Assembly (NCBI GenBank): GCA_965221865.1
Contig: OZ244918.1
Location: forward strand, 1,702,816-1,766,815
Direction: 5' to 3'
DNA length: 64,000 nt
Origin: Candidatus Poriferisocius sp.
Lineage (GTDB): Bacteria > Actinomycetota > Acidimicrobiia > Acidimicrobiales > Bin134
A program made the translations under genes and the position numbers. Every line of letters begins with the position of its first letter. Positions within the stretch are counted from its first letter, which is position 1. Under the pieces are notes generated by a model. The model had not been told where the DNA came from. It did not search any database and saw only the letters and a list, made by a program, of their open reading frames with translations. Shown piece after piece: positions 9,868 to 19,643 of the stretch.

Positions 9868-9883
9868 TAATACTCATTTTCTC

Positions 9884-10300
9884 TTAGTTGGGCGAAGTGG
9901 TTTGCTTGGCTCCAGGGGAAACAATTGCTACTCCATGATTGGCCGCTGCGTGTGCCATTCTAGAGTCATAGGTAACAATGCCTTGAAGTTCATGGCCGAA
10001 TTCAAGTGCTGTTGTTAAATGAATTGCGTCTAGGGAACGTAGCGAGGGCGGGTCAAGCAAACCTGCTAGTTTGAATATGCGCTCCCCTAATCGGATAAGT
10101 TGGATTGCGCCAAGTACTTCCTTAGCTAACTTAATGTGTTCAGAGGATTGTCTGTGAGCTGCTCTGAGAAGTTCTGTTTGCACAAGGTCCCCGGCTATCA
10201 AGATTCGTTCTTTTTGCGTGAGCCAAGATTTAAGTGCGTTTGTCTCTGGTTCTGCGGTGATCAGTGTCACAAGGGCAGATGTATCAATGTAAAACGGCAT
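9884..10300 (-). CDS. vapC: Type II toxin VapC (PIN domain)
   Basis: MPFYIDTSAL.., with acidic PIN residues (IDTS, QTEL, SLDAIHL, TYD). ATG at 10300 lies 1 nt after the antitoxin stop. The longer ORF-track start (10360) overlaps the antitoxin. Confidence 0.85.
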   Translation of the reverse strand: MPFYIDTSALVTLITAEPETNALKSWLTQKERILIAGDLVQTELLRAAHRQSSEHIKLAKEVLGAIQLIRLGERIFKLAGLLDPPSLRSLDAIHLTTALEFGHELQGIVTYDSRMAHAAANHGVAIVSPGAKQTTSPN

Positions 10301-10301
10301 C

Positions 10302-10574
10302 TTAGCAGCGTTCATCTTCGCGCATTTCAGCAAGTGTTTTTGACATACTCGGACCTGCAATAGGATCGGATAACTCTGCTATGCTTCTTTGAATAGGTGT
10401 TGTCAAACCGGCATCGATTAGTTCTTGTAAGCGAGACTTTGGGATTGGTGTCAACAGAGCCACTGGATGCCCGCGACTGGTTATTGTGACGATTTCACCT
10501 GCTGCTGCAGTAGCCACCACTGCTGATGCGTTTTGTTTGAGCGACCTAATGCCCACTTCAGTCATGTGCATCAT
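10302..10574 (-). CDS. Type II antitoxin, Phd/YefM family
   Basis: MTEVGIRSLKQNASAVV...GEIVTITSRGHPVALL is typical of Phd/YefM. The start is uncertain (ATG 10574/10571/10565 or TTG 10598). Confidence 0.8.
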   Translation of the reverse strand: MMHMTEVGIRSLKQNASAVVATAAAGEIVTITSRGHPVALLTPIPKSRLQELIDAGLTTPIQRSIAELSDPIAGPSMSKTLAEMREDERC

Positions 10575-10610
10575 TGTAGTACATGGCGCCTGTTGCAAAA
10601 CTAAAAAAAG

Positions 10611-10691
10611 TTAACTAAATGGCCAGAGCGCTCGCTCGCACATGCCAGCAAAGCGGGCTCAACTGTAACCTGAACTGTCACGCTCGTTTAG
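10611..10691. repeat. 81-bp direct repeat, copy 2 (orphan copy of ImmA 5' end)
   Basis: Encodes a pseudo N-terminus MTVQVTVEPALLACASERSG on the minus strand. Lies between vapB and the ABC ATPase stop. Confidence 0.9.
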
Positions 10692-10713
10692 CCTGTATTG
10701 CAAATGGTGTTTA

Positions 10714-11844
10714 TTATTCCAAGACCAAGCCGGTTTTAGGATTAATCCAGCGGATTTGGTCAGGTGGGAATCGTATCCACAAATCTTGTCCGGGCGTAGC
10801 CTCAAAGGTGGGGTGCGTGGAAACTTTAATAGCATGTGTAGATTGAGCAGAATGTGTGGCAACAGATTGCGGGGCAGCACCGGGTAACAGGGACACAGTA
10901 AGCAGGTTTTGGGCTCCAAGTGGCTCAACCACCTGTACCCGCACTCGCAAAGCATCGTCAGTGGCTTTAGACATAGTTTCCATGTTCTCAGCTCTGATGC
11001 CTAAACGGATGTCTGTGTCCACAAAAGCCTTTAGCTTGTTCAGCAACGAGCTGCTGCTAAGCATTTGACCGGCTAAGTCCACCGAAACTTCGCCATTATG
11101 AGCCCTTACCACACCATCTAGAAAGTTCATAGGCGGGTTGCCAATGAAGCCCCCCACAAACTCATTAGACGGGTTGTCGTATATCAGCGAAGGGCGATCC
11201 ACCTGCTGTAAGACGCCGTCGCGCATTACTGCTACACGGTCACCCATGCTAAGCGCTTCAATTTGGTCATGCGTCACATAAATAGTTGTGGCATTAACTT
11301 CAGCAAGCAGACGTTTTAGCTCGGCACGCATCTCTAAGCGCAAAAGGGCATCTAAGTTGCTTAGAGGTTCGTCCATTAACAACACCTCAGCTTTCATCGC
11401 TAAGGCCCGGGCGACAGCCACACGCTGGCGTTGCCCACCGCTCATAGCGTTGGGTTTGCGATCTAATAATTCTTCAATGTGCAAAAGCGCAGCGGCTTCT
11501 TCCACCCGTTCTTGGATGACTGGCTTGGCAACCTTGTTCATTCGCAACCCGAAAGCAATGTTGTCGCGCACCGACATGTGGGGAAAGATGGCATAACTCT
11601 GAAACACCATTGAAATCTTGCGATCCCCAGCGGGCAGGTAGGTGACATCTCTGCCGTCGATGCTGATACGACCCGAATCCACCATACCGAGTCCTGCAAC
11701 AGCCCGCAGCAGCGTAGTTTTGCCACAACCGCTTGGCCCCAGCAGCACTAAGAACTCGCCGTCGCGCACGGTGATGCTCACATCGTCTAAGGCAACTTTT
11801 TCGCCAAAGGATTTTGTTGCTTGTTCAACAACTATTTCAGCCAT
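10714..11844 (-). CDS. Sugar ABC transporter ATP-binding protein (MalK/UgpC type)
   Basis: Walker A GPSGCGKTT, signature LSGGQRQR, Walker B LLMDEPLS, and a TOBE-like C-terminus. ATG 11844 is preceded by GAGG. Confidence 0.9.
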   Translation of the reverse strand: MAEIVVEQATKSFGEKVALDDVSITVRDGEFLVLLGPSGCGKTTLLRAVAGLGMVDSGRISIDGRDVTYLPAGDRKISMVFQSYAIFPHMSVRDNIAFGLRMNKVAKPVIQERVEEAAALLHIEELLDRKPNAMSGGQRQRVAVARALAMKAEVLLMDEPLSNLDALLRLEMRAELKRLLAEVNATTIYVTHDQIEALSMGDRVAVMRDGVLQQVDRPSLIYDNPSNEFVGGFIGNPPMNFLDGVVRAHNGEVSVDLAGQMLSSSSLLNKLKAFVDTDIRLGIRAENMETMSKATDDALRVRVQVVEPLGAQNLLTVSLLPGAAPQSVATHSAQSTHAIKVSTHPTFEATPGQDLWIRFPPDQIRWINPKTGLVLE

Positions 11845-11889
11845 AACACACCTCGCTAACAACAAGGATTAGCCAACAATTCTGATAGC

Positions 11890-12768
11890 TCATTTTGTAA
11901 CCTGACTCCACATGTTGAACAGATAGTTGCGAATTAGGAACATAAACACAATGGACGGTGCCATCAAAAAGAAACCGCCAGCGAACTGGTAGGCATCGCT
12001 GGACTCTGCAAGCTGTGTTAAAAGCAGTGCAGGTAGGGTTCTGTTCTCAAAAGTAAGAACACCCGCAGCGAACACTTCGTTCCAGCTCAACACGAAAGAG
12101 AAAACCGCACTAGCAGCAATACCCGGCAACGCTAAAGGCAGCACGATATACCAAAAAGATTGCAGTGCTGAAGCCCCAAACACTTGTCCGGCTTCTTCTA
12201 GTTCATGGGGGACGCTGGCAAACACGCTAGCGATGATCAATACAGAAGTAGGCATGGCTAGTGCTGTGTGCATCATGGCCAGACTGTAGACGCTGTCAAA
12301 AATGCCAGCTCGCAAGAACAAAACAGCCAATGGAATTGATAAAACAACAATCGGAAAGGCTCTTACTGCCAGTATCCCTAGGCGTACGATGTCTCGTCCC
12401 ACAAAAATGTAGCGAGCAATGGCATAGCCAGCAGGTGCAGCCAAAGCAGTAGACAGCGCTAGGGTGATGCCAGCAACTATCAAACTGTTTAGCAAGCCGT
12501 CTATAACCCCAGGTTGATCTAGAAAAAAGCGCACAGTGTCTGTGGAAAACGGAATAAAGGGGAGCACGTTTTTGGGGTAGGAAAGCACAGTCTCACGGGT
12601 AGTGAAGGCCATGGATGTTAAAAACACCAGCGGTATGAGTATCCACAATGCGATTAGCACAGCTCCTATATATGTCCACACTCGGCCTCGTTTGGAACGC
12701 AGCTTCATGCGCCGGTGAAGTTTACGTACCTCTGGGGAATCTAAGGGTGGCAGGGCTGTTACGGTCAT
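11890..12768 (-). CDS. Carbohydrate ABC transporter permease (MalG-like)
   Basis: Six TM segments with an EAA-like loop. Start and stop overlap the neighbouring genes. Confidence 0.85.
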   Translation of the reverse strand: MTVTALPPLDSPEVRKLHRRMKLRSKRGRVWTYIGAVLIALWILIPLVFLTSMAFTTRETVLSYPKNVLPFIPFSTDTVRFFLDQPGVIDGLLNSLIVAGITLALSTALAAPAGYAIARYIFVGRDIVRLGILAVRAFPIVVLSIPLAVLFLRAGIFDSVYSLAMMHTALAMPTSVLIIASVFASVPHELEEAGQVFGASALQSFWYIVLPLALPGIAASAVFSFVLSWNEVFAAGVLTFENRTLPALLLTQLAESSDAYQFAGGFFLMAPSIVFMFLIRNYLFNMWSQVTK

Positions 12769-14222
12769 CTTTGAATCTCTGGGTCGGTTCGTACTGAGCG
12801 TAAGTAGAAGAAAGCGCTTGCTAGCGACAACCCCATCACGAACACGGCGTAGGCTGCGGCTACGTTGTTGTTGCGGAACTCAAAGTACTGGCGGAAAGCC
12901 TCGTTGGTTAGCACCGTAATCGTGTCACCGCCACCTAGAGCTATAACCACCGCAAAAACTTGCAGTGCCAAAATGGTTCGCAAGATCAGCGCTACTTGGA
13001 TGCTGGGTTTTAGTAATGGCAGCATCACATGGCGTACTCGTTGCCAGTAAGAAGCACCAAACAGTTCTGCGGCTTCTAGGTTTTCATCGGGAATTGCTTG
13101 CAGACCTGACACTAAGATCACCATGACTATCGAGGTGGAGCGCCAAATTTCGGCTACTACAATGGCAAAGATTATCCAGTTGCGGGTTTGTGCGCTTAAA
13201 AACACATGTGGCGAGTCAATTATGCCTAGACCTTCCAGAATGGAGTTTAAAAGACCGTTGCCGGTAAATATGGAAAAGAACAACGTGCCCACAGCTAGAT
13301 CACTCATGCCCATAGGGATGGTGAAGATGTAGAGGAACCAAGAGTTCAACTTGGTGCGGGCGTGGATCACCAGCGACATCAAAAGGGCGAGCACAAACTG
13401 CGCCGGAATAATAAGCACCAGCAGCAACAATGTGGTGCGCAGTGCCGTGCCAAAAAAGCGGTCGTCAAACATTTTGCGAAAGAAGTCGGCTGTGAACTGC
13501 CCTGCAGAGCCTCGGTCGATGCGTCCGTTTACCTCATTGCCAAACACTTGAATAAACCGTGAAGGTGCCCAACCCTCCGCAATGCTGCTTTGGTTTATGT
13601 TGCCAGCAGCGGCTGTGCTATCAGCATCAGCACCGGCAACAGTGTGGCGAACGTTGAACCACACCTCCAAGATAGCTACCTCGGTAACCTCCACTGCTGC
13701 GCGCGGTTCAATTAGAGCGATCTGAGCGGCGGTTTCTCCGGGCTCATCACGCAAAATGGTTAGCGGATTGTCGGGTGCGCCCAATTTAGGGCGAACTGTT
13801 GCTGTTAGCGGTGTGCCGTCTGCGGTTTCTTGGCGGATTCTGATGCGGGACTCTGGAGCCCAGCCTTGCGTAGGGGTGCCATCTTGCTCGCGCAAAGTAA
13901 CTTGATACCAAGTCTCAGTTAGCAGATCGCTGGCTTCTTCGTTTACTAACAGGTTGCCTTGTCTGCCAAGAATCTCTACGCGTTCCCCTTGCGGGAGGCG
14001 CCCCGATTCGGAGGCGCTCAAGCTAGGAGCTTCCCGCAACGCCAGCACAGCATCATCATCCCAGATAGCTAAACGCAACCCTTCATACATTGGGTATGCA
14101 AAGAAGAGGCCGAGGAACACAAGCACCGGTGCGACGAGCAGGTAAGGCTTAACTGCTCGTCGCACGGCATGGAACTTAGGTTTATGTACCGGTGCGTTAG
14201 AGTTACGCACCGGCCATTTCAT
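12765..14222 (-). CDS. Carbohydrate ABC transporter permease (MalF-like) with ~190-aa extracytoplasmic insert
   Basis: Permease core with EAAELFGAS. The first loop carries two SH3b-like segments (..W.QV......GWAP.SRI..). Confidence 0.8.
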   Translation of the reverse strand: MKWPVRNSNAPVHKPKFHAVRRAVKPYLLVAPVLVFLGLFFAYPMYEGLRLAIWDDDAVLALREAPSLSASESGRLPQGERVEILGRQGNLLVNEEASDLLTETWYQVTLREQDGTPTQGWAPESRIRIRQETADGTPLTATVRPKLGAPDNPLTILRDEPGETAAQIALIEPRAAVEVTEVAILEVWFNVRHTVAGADADSTAAAGNINQSSIAEGWAPSRFIQVFGNEVNGRIDRGSAGQFTADFFRKMFDDRFFGTALRTTLLLLVLIIPAQFVLALLMSLVIHARTKLNSWFLYIFTIPMGMSDLAVGTLFFSIFTGNGLLNSILEGLGIIDSPHVFLSAQTRNWIIFAIVVAEIWRSTSIVMVILVSGLQAIPDENLEAAELFGASYWQRVRHVMLPLLKPSIQVALILRTILALQVFAVVIALGGGDTITVLTNEAFRQYFEFRNNNVAAAYAVFVMGLSLASAFFYLRSVRTDPEIQR

Positions 14223-14270
14223 TGGGTTAATTCCTTATGGTGGGAGTAGTCCCTCAGGAGTTTTAATTGC

Positions 14271-15764
14271 TTAGTTAGCGGGTTCCACCACGCACGGGCC
14301 ATCGCTGGCTGGATCAGGATCCCAGCAGGGTGCCCCGGTTTCGTTTAGCAGAGCCTGAAGTGCATTACCTTCGCTGTCTAGCACCGAAGCTATGTTTTCA
14401 CCGCCATCTACTATGCGGTCATACGCGTTGCGGAAGATCTGGTTGATCTCACCGCCACGTTCACCGAGGCCCACAGGCAACAGTGCTGGGATGCCGTCTG
14501 GGGCATTGAGCAGCTTGTTCACGGCTTCGGCTTCTATGGCTACGCCTGCGGGCAGGTTGCTAGTGTCCACACCTTCAACCACTGGGAAGAACCCAAGCTC
14601 TGCTAGAACCTGCTCTTGCACCTCAGGACGGGTGAGGTACTCAATAGCTGCTGCTGCAGCTTCTGGATCAGGAGCATCAGCGGGAATACCAAGCCCAACG
14701 ATAACCGGCATAAAGCCCCGGCCTTGCGGGCCAGCTGGTGTTGGGAAAGCCACGAAGTTGTTGGGTTCTGTGTCAAATGCTGGTAGCAAGCGGGCCACAT
14801 GGTCAAAGGCCACCCAAACCTCACCGCTTAGCAAAGGCTCATTCATGAAGTCATAGGTGAGGCTTTCGGGATGCAAGGTTGGGGCTAGATCATCTCTCAG
14901 GTATTCCATCATCTCTGTAGCGGCAGCACTGCGGAACTGACTAACCATGCCACCGGTGTAAGAAGGCCACATGTAGCCCTCTAAGAAACGGTGGAACAAA
15001 CCTGCCCGGGGGAGCCCGCACAACCGACGTCCTTCACCTTCTTGCAATGCTTGACACCACTCCGCTAGGTGATCCCATGTGAGGCTGTCAATGTCGGCAC
15101 CATCTGGGAGGTAATCCAAAGCTTCTGTATGAGCAGCCATGATGTAGGTGGCTTGTGCCCACGGCACAAAGGCTAGGAAGTCTTCGGTACCTAGCAGTCC
15201 AGCGCTTACCATTGAAGGCGCAAAAGTACGGCTGCCGCTTAGATCGTCGTATACGTCAATGACATTTGTCAGAGTGTTCTCCCGTGCTAGTGGCGGGAAG
15301 GAACCGTGCAACGCCCCAAACACATCAATTTGGCCTGAACCGGCCAAGATTTGATCTGTGAATGCGCCAGCATCGCCAAAAGTCATATCTAAGCCGCTGG
15401 TACCGGCATCGGCAGTGATAGCCAGAATTTTTTGCTGTTCTTCAGGTGGTGCAAACTGAGTAGAGGCCACCGCCGCATCGGAAGCATCAGCCATATCAGA
15501 CATGTCGTCTGTAGACATATCGTCTGTAGACATATCATCAGCCATTGCAGGTTCAGGAGTTGCGGGTTCAGCCATTTCAGTTGCCATTGGTGTGGCTGCT
15601 TCAGTTGCCATTGGTGTGGCTGCTTCAGTTGCCATTGGTGTGGCTGCTGTATCACCTGAATCAGCGGGTATGGCATCATCGTCGTTGCCGCAGGCTGCTG
15701 CTAATAGAGCGACAGCCATCATTATTGCTGCTAGCTTAGCTAGCAGGCTTCTTTGGTTTTTCAT
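14271..15764 (-). CDS. ABC transporter solute-binding lipoprotein
   Basis: Lipobox LLAAAC, a low-complexity linker (3x ATPMATEA, DDMST repeats), then an SBP fold. Confidence 0.8.
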   Translation of the reverse strand: MKNQRSLLAKLAAIMMAVALLAAACGNDDDAIPADSGDTAATPMATEAATPMATEAATPMATEMAEPATPEPAMADDMSTDDMSTDDMSDMADASDAAVASTQFAPPEEQQKILAITADAGTSGLDMTFGDAGAFTDQILAGSGQIDVFGALHGSFPPLARENTLTNVIDVYDDLSGSRTFAPSMVSAGLLGTEDFLAFVPWAQATYIMAAHTEALDYLPDGADIDSLTWDHLAEWCQALQEGEGRRLCGLPRAGLFHRFLEGYMWPSYTGGMVSQFRSAAATEMMEYLRDDLAPTLHPESLTYDFMNEPLLSGEVWVAFDHVARLLPAFDTEPNNFVAFPTPAGPQGRGFMPVIVGLGIPADAPDPEAAAAAIEYLTRPEVQEQVLAELGFFPVVEGVDTSNLPAGVAIEAEAVNKLLNAPDGIPALLPVGLGERGGEINQIFRNAYDRIVDGGENIASVLDSEGNALQALLNETGAPCWDPDPASDGPCVVEPAN

Positions 15765-15827
15765 TTTTTTATGCCCTCCTAATCCATCGGTTTCGATGGA
15801 TTTTTGAAAGTTTAGCGGGAGGACAGG

Positions 15828-18563
15828 CTAGCGGTCAAATGCTTGAAACTTTAGCAGATCGTCAACATAGTCGTAGATGCGCCGCTGAATCCGTAGATCG
15901 TTGAGTTGTCTACCGATTTGTTCAATAGCTGGCAAGGGTTTGTCGGGCAGGCTTACTTCGGCATCAGGCGCATCTAAGCGTAGCTGGTTGAGAGCTAGTG
16001 ACAGCTTTAGTTCTTGGAGTTCTCGTTCGTAAACAAGGGCTCTATGAACCCCAAGGTGGTAGGCATCCCCCTGAAGAGACTGTAACGAAGAGCGCTCTGT
16101 TTGTGCTTTTGCTGCTAGCGCATCAGCTTGTTCCCGCAAGTGTTGCAATATGTGCTCTTTGGGTAGTGAAGTTGAGCGACCTGCACGGTCTTTTGGCAGC
16201 CCATGGACATTTACCGTAGGTTTTGTTGTGTCAGCAGAAGGAACTGTTTGCATAATGGGGAGTTCAACGATTTTTTTGGGTGCAATGCTGTGGGTTTGTG
16301 TGGTTATGGTTATGTGTGTGGGGTTGTAAAAGCGTGCTAGCAGGACATTTTTGTTTGGTTGTAGCGCGCTCATTGGCAGGCTGGCAGCAAAAGCTTTCCA
16401 GTGTTTGTGTGTGCCTTGGCTGTTTTTAACCTCTACTAGTGTTGGGGGGTTGCGGAAGGCTTCACAAGCGGCTAACAGCTGTTTGTCGTCGGGCGATGCA
16501 GGGATTACCGACATTCCTAGCTGGTGTTGGATCTTGCGTTCACAGCGAGCGCCAGGAACGTATATTGCAGGCCCAGCATCGCCCGTTCGGTGAGTCAGCC
16601 CAGATTTAGCCAACCACTCTACGCTGCGGCGCAGCGGTAATATGATTTTTCCATCTGGAGTGCAGCGGTAGGCGCGGATACCGCGGGCGTGTACCACAAA
16701 GCAACGTTCACCATCGAAGGTTGTAACGAAATCATGGAACGGGAAGGTAGAAACTTCATGTACCTCGCGTTGCCCCATTAGAACTCTAGCTAGGTCTGGG
16801 TGTATCTCATGGCCGAAAAGGTCGTTGTCGGCAGAGTTTCTTGGCACCATGTCAAACGGCATTCCCGCTAGGATTTTGATTTGTTTTTGGCCCTTAGGAG
16901 GTGTTGGAGGACTAAAACAAAGCTCAGCTACAAAGGCTGTTCCGCGGCTGTCCAAACTGAGGTCAAGTTCTACTGTTTGGTTTTGGCTAAAGCGAAACCG
17001 CAGTTCGGCTGTTAGCTCACCGTCTTCCCAGCAGGCTTGCATCGCAACAGCCAGAACACCATCTATAGCACTTACCGATTCTGCTGTTACTTGGGTTATG
17101 TGGGCAATAGTTAGGAGGTCTTTAGGTTCGCTGGAATAGCTGTCACCCTCGTCGTGACGTACCTCTAAGGGGCCAACAACTACATTGCCGATATTTATGG
17201 TGTGGTCGTTGTTGATTTTTAGCGGGCCAAAGGGTGTGGGCAGCTCCTCTACTGACAAATTGTGCGTCTTAATTGGATGCGAAGTTGCGGCAAAAAGCCC
17301 AAAACCATCTGAGTTGAACTCATAAACCAACCCTTTAGCTTGTACACTCGCCAAGCGAGGTATCGCTGAAGTCGATAGGACGTACTGCCCATCTTGTAGG
17401 CCGCAGCATATGTGGGCAAGAGAGTTTTCGGCATCTTCATGCATTGCGTTGAGCAGGCTACGGTAGGAACGTTCCATGCGTTCGTGTACTGCATCGATGC
17501 TGACCCCGCAAATGCAGTCGTGTACTGCGTTTTGTAGTAACTGTCGGTTCCAGTTTTCGTAGCGGCTGGGATTATAGGTGTTGCCAAGCGCGGCTAGAGG
17601 CTCACAAATACGGTGCAGTAAGTGTTCGGTGTCGGCGTGTAAAAGTTTTAGGTATGTTCTTGTTGAAAGGCTTCCTGGGAAGGTTGCCCCGTACTTGCCA
17701 GATAGCAATTCGCCTTCAATGGTGGGGGCTGAAGCTAGATGTGCTGTGAGCGCTTGTACATACTGTTCTGATGAAGATGCCAGCACCTGCGGGCAGTTGG
17801 CCTCAGCATTAGCCTCAGCAGTAGGAGTGTTTTGTGCTTGAAGGATGGCTACGGGATCTTCTGGTTCGGTTTCGAGGTCATAGCCGTCAAACAGCGGTGT
17901 GGGCAGAGCACCGTAGAAAGGGGCTAGTTTTTCGTATTCTCCTGCTAAGCGTCGCATAGCAAGGTTTGGTGTTTTGGAAATCCCGTATAGGTTGCGGTAG
18001 CCGCCAAAGAGGTTAATAGCGGTGAGCTTGCTGCCATCTGAGGCTGCCCAGTGAAACAAGGGTTCTAGTTGCGGTACTCCACGCCACAGGTACACAGCTT
18101 CTATGGCAAATAAAGAAAGCATTTGTGGGGCTTGTGAGATGTGGCCGAAGGTGTCTACTAACCAAGCTGTTTTTGTTTGGCCACCATAGTGCGCCACATC
18201 AGCGATGCCTGTGCTGATGTTTCTAAGCAACAATTCTCCGCTGGCGATTCGCCAGTCTGGTTGGCTGTAGAGGGGGCCGATTTCAAGGATTCTTCTACTA
18301 ACCAAGTCTGTGAGTAGCGGCGAATATTGGGGTTGTGTGCGAATCAGATCTTCGCAAATTAAGGTTTGGCCATCTAACAGGTAGCGGTAGTGGGGATTGG
18401 CTTCTCTAATCTTATCGATGGCATCAATCAGCTGCGGTATCCACTCTGTGGTGTACTCCTCAGTTAAAAACCATTCTCTGTCCCAGTGGGTGTGGTTGAT
18501 AATGTGTACCGGTGGTTTTGTCGCTGAACTAGGGTGTGTAAGGTTGGGGCTAGCGGTTTGCAT
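15828..18563 (-). CDS. Glycoside hydrolase family 38 alpha-mannosidase-like
   Basis: N-terminal HIINHTHWDREW motif and WLVDTFGH. 911 aa. Confidence 0.8.
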   Translation of the reverse strand: MQTASPNLTHPSSATKPPVHIINHTHWDREWFLTEEYTTEWIPQLIDAIDKIREANPHYRYLLDGQTLICEDLIRTQPQYSPLLTDLVSRRILEIGPLYSQPDWRIASGELLLRNISTGIADVAHYGGQTKTAWLVDTFGHISQAPQMLSLFAIEAVYLWRGVPQLEPLFHWAASDGSKLTAINLFGGYRNLYGISKTPNLAMRRLAGEYEKLAPFYGALPTPLFDGYDLETEPEDPVAILQAQNTPTAEANAEANCPQVLASSSEQYVQALTAHLASAPTIEGELLSGKYGATFPGSLSTRTYLKLLHADTEHLLHRICEPLAALGNTYNPSRYENWNRQLLQNAVHDCICGVSIDAVHERMERSYRSLLNAMHEDAENSLAHICCGLQDGQYVLSTSAIPRLASVQAKGLVYEFNSDGFGLFAATSHPIKTHNLSVEELPTPFGPLKINNDHTINIGNVVVGPLEVRHDEGDSYSSEPKDLLTIAHITQVTAESVSAIDGVLAVAMQACWEDGELTAELRFRFSQNQTVELDLSLDSRGTAFVAELCFSPPTPPKGQKQIKILAGMPFDMVPRNSADNDLFGHEIHPDLARVLMGQREVHEVSTFPFHDFVTTFDGERCFVVHARGIRAYRCTPDGKIILPLRRSVEWLAKSGLTHRTGDAGPAIYVPGARCERKIQHQLGMSVIPASPDDKQLLAACEAFRNPPTLVEVKNSQGTHKHWKAFAASLPMSALQPNKNVLLARFYNPTHITITTQTHSIAPKKIVELPIMQTVPSADTTKPTVNVHGLPKDRAGRSTSLPKEHILQHLREQADALAAKAQTERSSLQSLQGDAYHLGVHRALVYERELQELKLSLALNQLRLDAPDAEVSLPDKPLPAIEQIGRQLNDLRIQRRIYDYVDDLLKFQAFDR

Positions 18564-18593
18564 ATTAATTGAATATGTATTTCGGGTAGCTAG

Positions 18594-18668
18594 CGCGCTT
18601 GGAGGGACTCGAACCCCCGGCCTTCTGATCCGTAGTCAGACGCTCTATTCCAACTGAGCTACAAGCGC
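18594..18668 (-). tRNA. tRNA-Arg (anticodon ACG)
   Basis: Hand-folded cloverleaf: acceptor gcgcttg/caagcgc, anticodon arm tctga-ctACGga-tcaga, T-loop ttcgagt. Confidence 0.9.
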
Positions 18669-18828
18669 AAGGCTCTTTATTCTAACCACTGTGATGTGTG
18701 TTGTTGCGAAAGAAAATGTTTATTGCCTATTAGCAAGGTTTCTGAACTCAAAACCGGTGTCAAGAATTAGGTGAAGTTGCAATGAATGGGAGGCCAGCAG
18801 GATTGGCCGCTAGGCTTGGGGACTCTTT

Positions 18829-18911
18829 GGGTCGGTGCCCGAGTGGCCAAAGGGAACGGGCTGTAAACCCGTCGGCATTAGCCTTCGGAGGTTCAAATCC
18901 TCCCCGGCCCA
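18829..18911 (+). tRNA. tRNA-Tyr (anticodon GTA)
   Basis: Acceptor gggtcgg/ccggccc, anticodon arm acggg-ctGTAaa-cccgt, a long variable arm, T-loop ttcaaat. Confidence 0.9.
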
Positions 18912-18927
18912 CTGTGTGAAGTAGAGA

Positions 18928-19455
18928 TCAACCGCTAGAGGTCAACCTGCGGTGAAAGCTTTGCAGCATTATTTGCATGACAATTACGTCTAGCCAGCGC
19001 CCAAATTTGCGACCAACCTCTCGTTCGGTTCCTACAACCTCGAAACCTAAAGAACGGTGCATTTCCACCGAAACTTCGTTGCCACCTGAGATGCGCGCAA
19101 TCATCGTGTGAAAGCCGTGGCTTATGGCTAGCTGAAGGATTTCTTGCAGCAGTGCTTTACCGATTCCCCGCCCGCGGTGGTCTTGATGCACATACACCGA
19201 ATTTTCTACGGTGCTGTTGTAGGCGGGACGGGCGTGAAAAGGCGAGAGCGAAGCAAACCCCAGCACTTTGTCATCGTCACCGTTAGCCGTAGCCACTATC
19301 ACCGCATGTACGCCGCTGCGGTTTTGCAGCCATGTTTGTTGGTCGGCCAATGTTCGGGGTTCCAACTCGAAGATGCTAGTACCATTCAAGATTTCATAGT
19401 TCATAATCTCACAGATACCCGCAGCATCTGTGAGTCGCGCTGTTCTAATTAACAC
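18928..19455 (-). CDS. GNAT N-acetyltransferase (phosphinothricin/MSO acetyltransferase-like)
   Basis: IRTA...D...I..I.N..I...T..FE..P......W motif and the acetyl-CoA site HRGRGIGKALL. Confidence 0.75.
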   Translation of the reverse strand: MLIRTARLTDAAGICEIMNYEILNGTSIFELEPRTLADQQTWLQNRSGVHAVIVATANGDDDKVLGFASLSPFHARPAYNSTVENSVYVHQDHRGRGIGKALLQEILQLAISHGFHTMIARISGGNEVSVEMHRSLGFEVVGTEREVGRKFGRWLDVIVMQIMLQSFHRRLTSSG

Positions 19456-19524
19456 GCTGGCAGGCTAGCGTTATAAAAACTAAGTAGCATGGTTACACTC
19501 TAAAGCAGGTAAAGTTTGAGTCTT

Positions 19525-19597
19525 GCCTCCTTAGCTCAGTCGGCAGAGCGTTTCCATGGTAAGGAAAAGGTCGAGAGTTCGATTCTCTCAGGAGGCT
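19525..19597 (+). tRNA. tRNA-Thr (anticodon GGT)
   Basis: Acceptor gcctcct/aggaggc, anticodon arm tttcc-atGGTaa-ggaaa, T-loop ttcgatt. Confidence 0.9.
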
Positions 19598-19643
19598 CAC
19601 AGGTTCTTTTTAGCAACTTCTAGGCTGCTAAAAAGAACTCTAA

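Noticed and set aside
15540-15650. Three contiguous ~24-bp direct repeats (gttgccattggtgtggctgcttca) resembling a mini repeat array
   Set aside because: There are no spacers. They lie inside the SBP gene and encode the ATPMATEA x3 linker, so this is not a CRISPR array.
14392-17587. + strand ORFs opposite the SBP and GH38 genes (e.g. 14392-14856, 16825-17139) and off-frame minus ORFs (15389-15679, 17249-17587)
   Set aside because: They are antisense or off-frame to well-supported genes, with repeat-driven or low-complexity translations.
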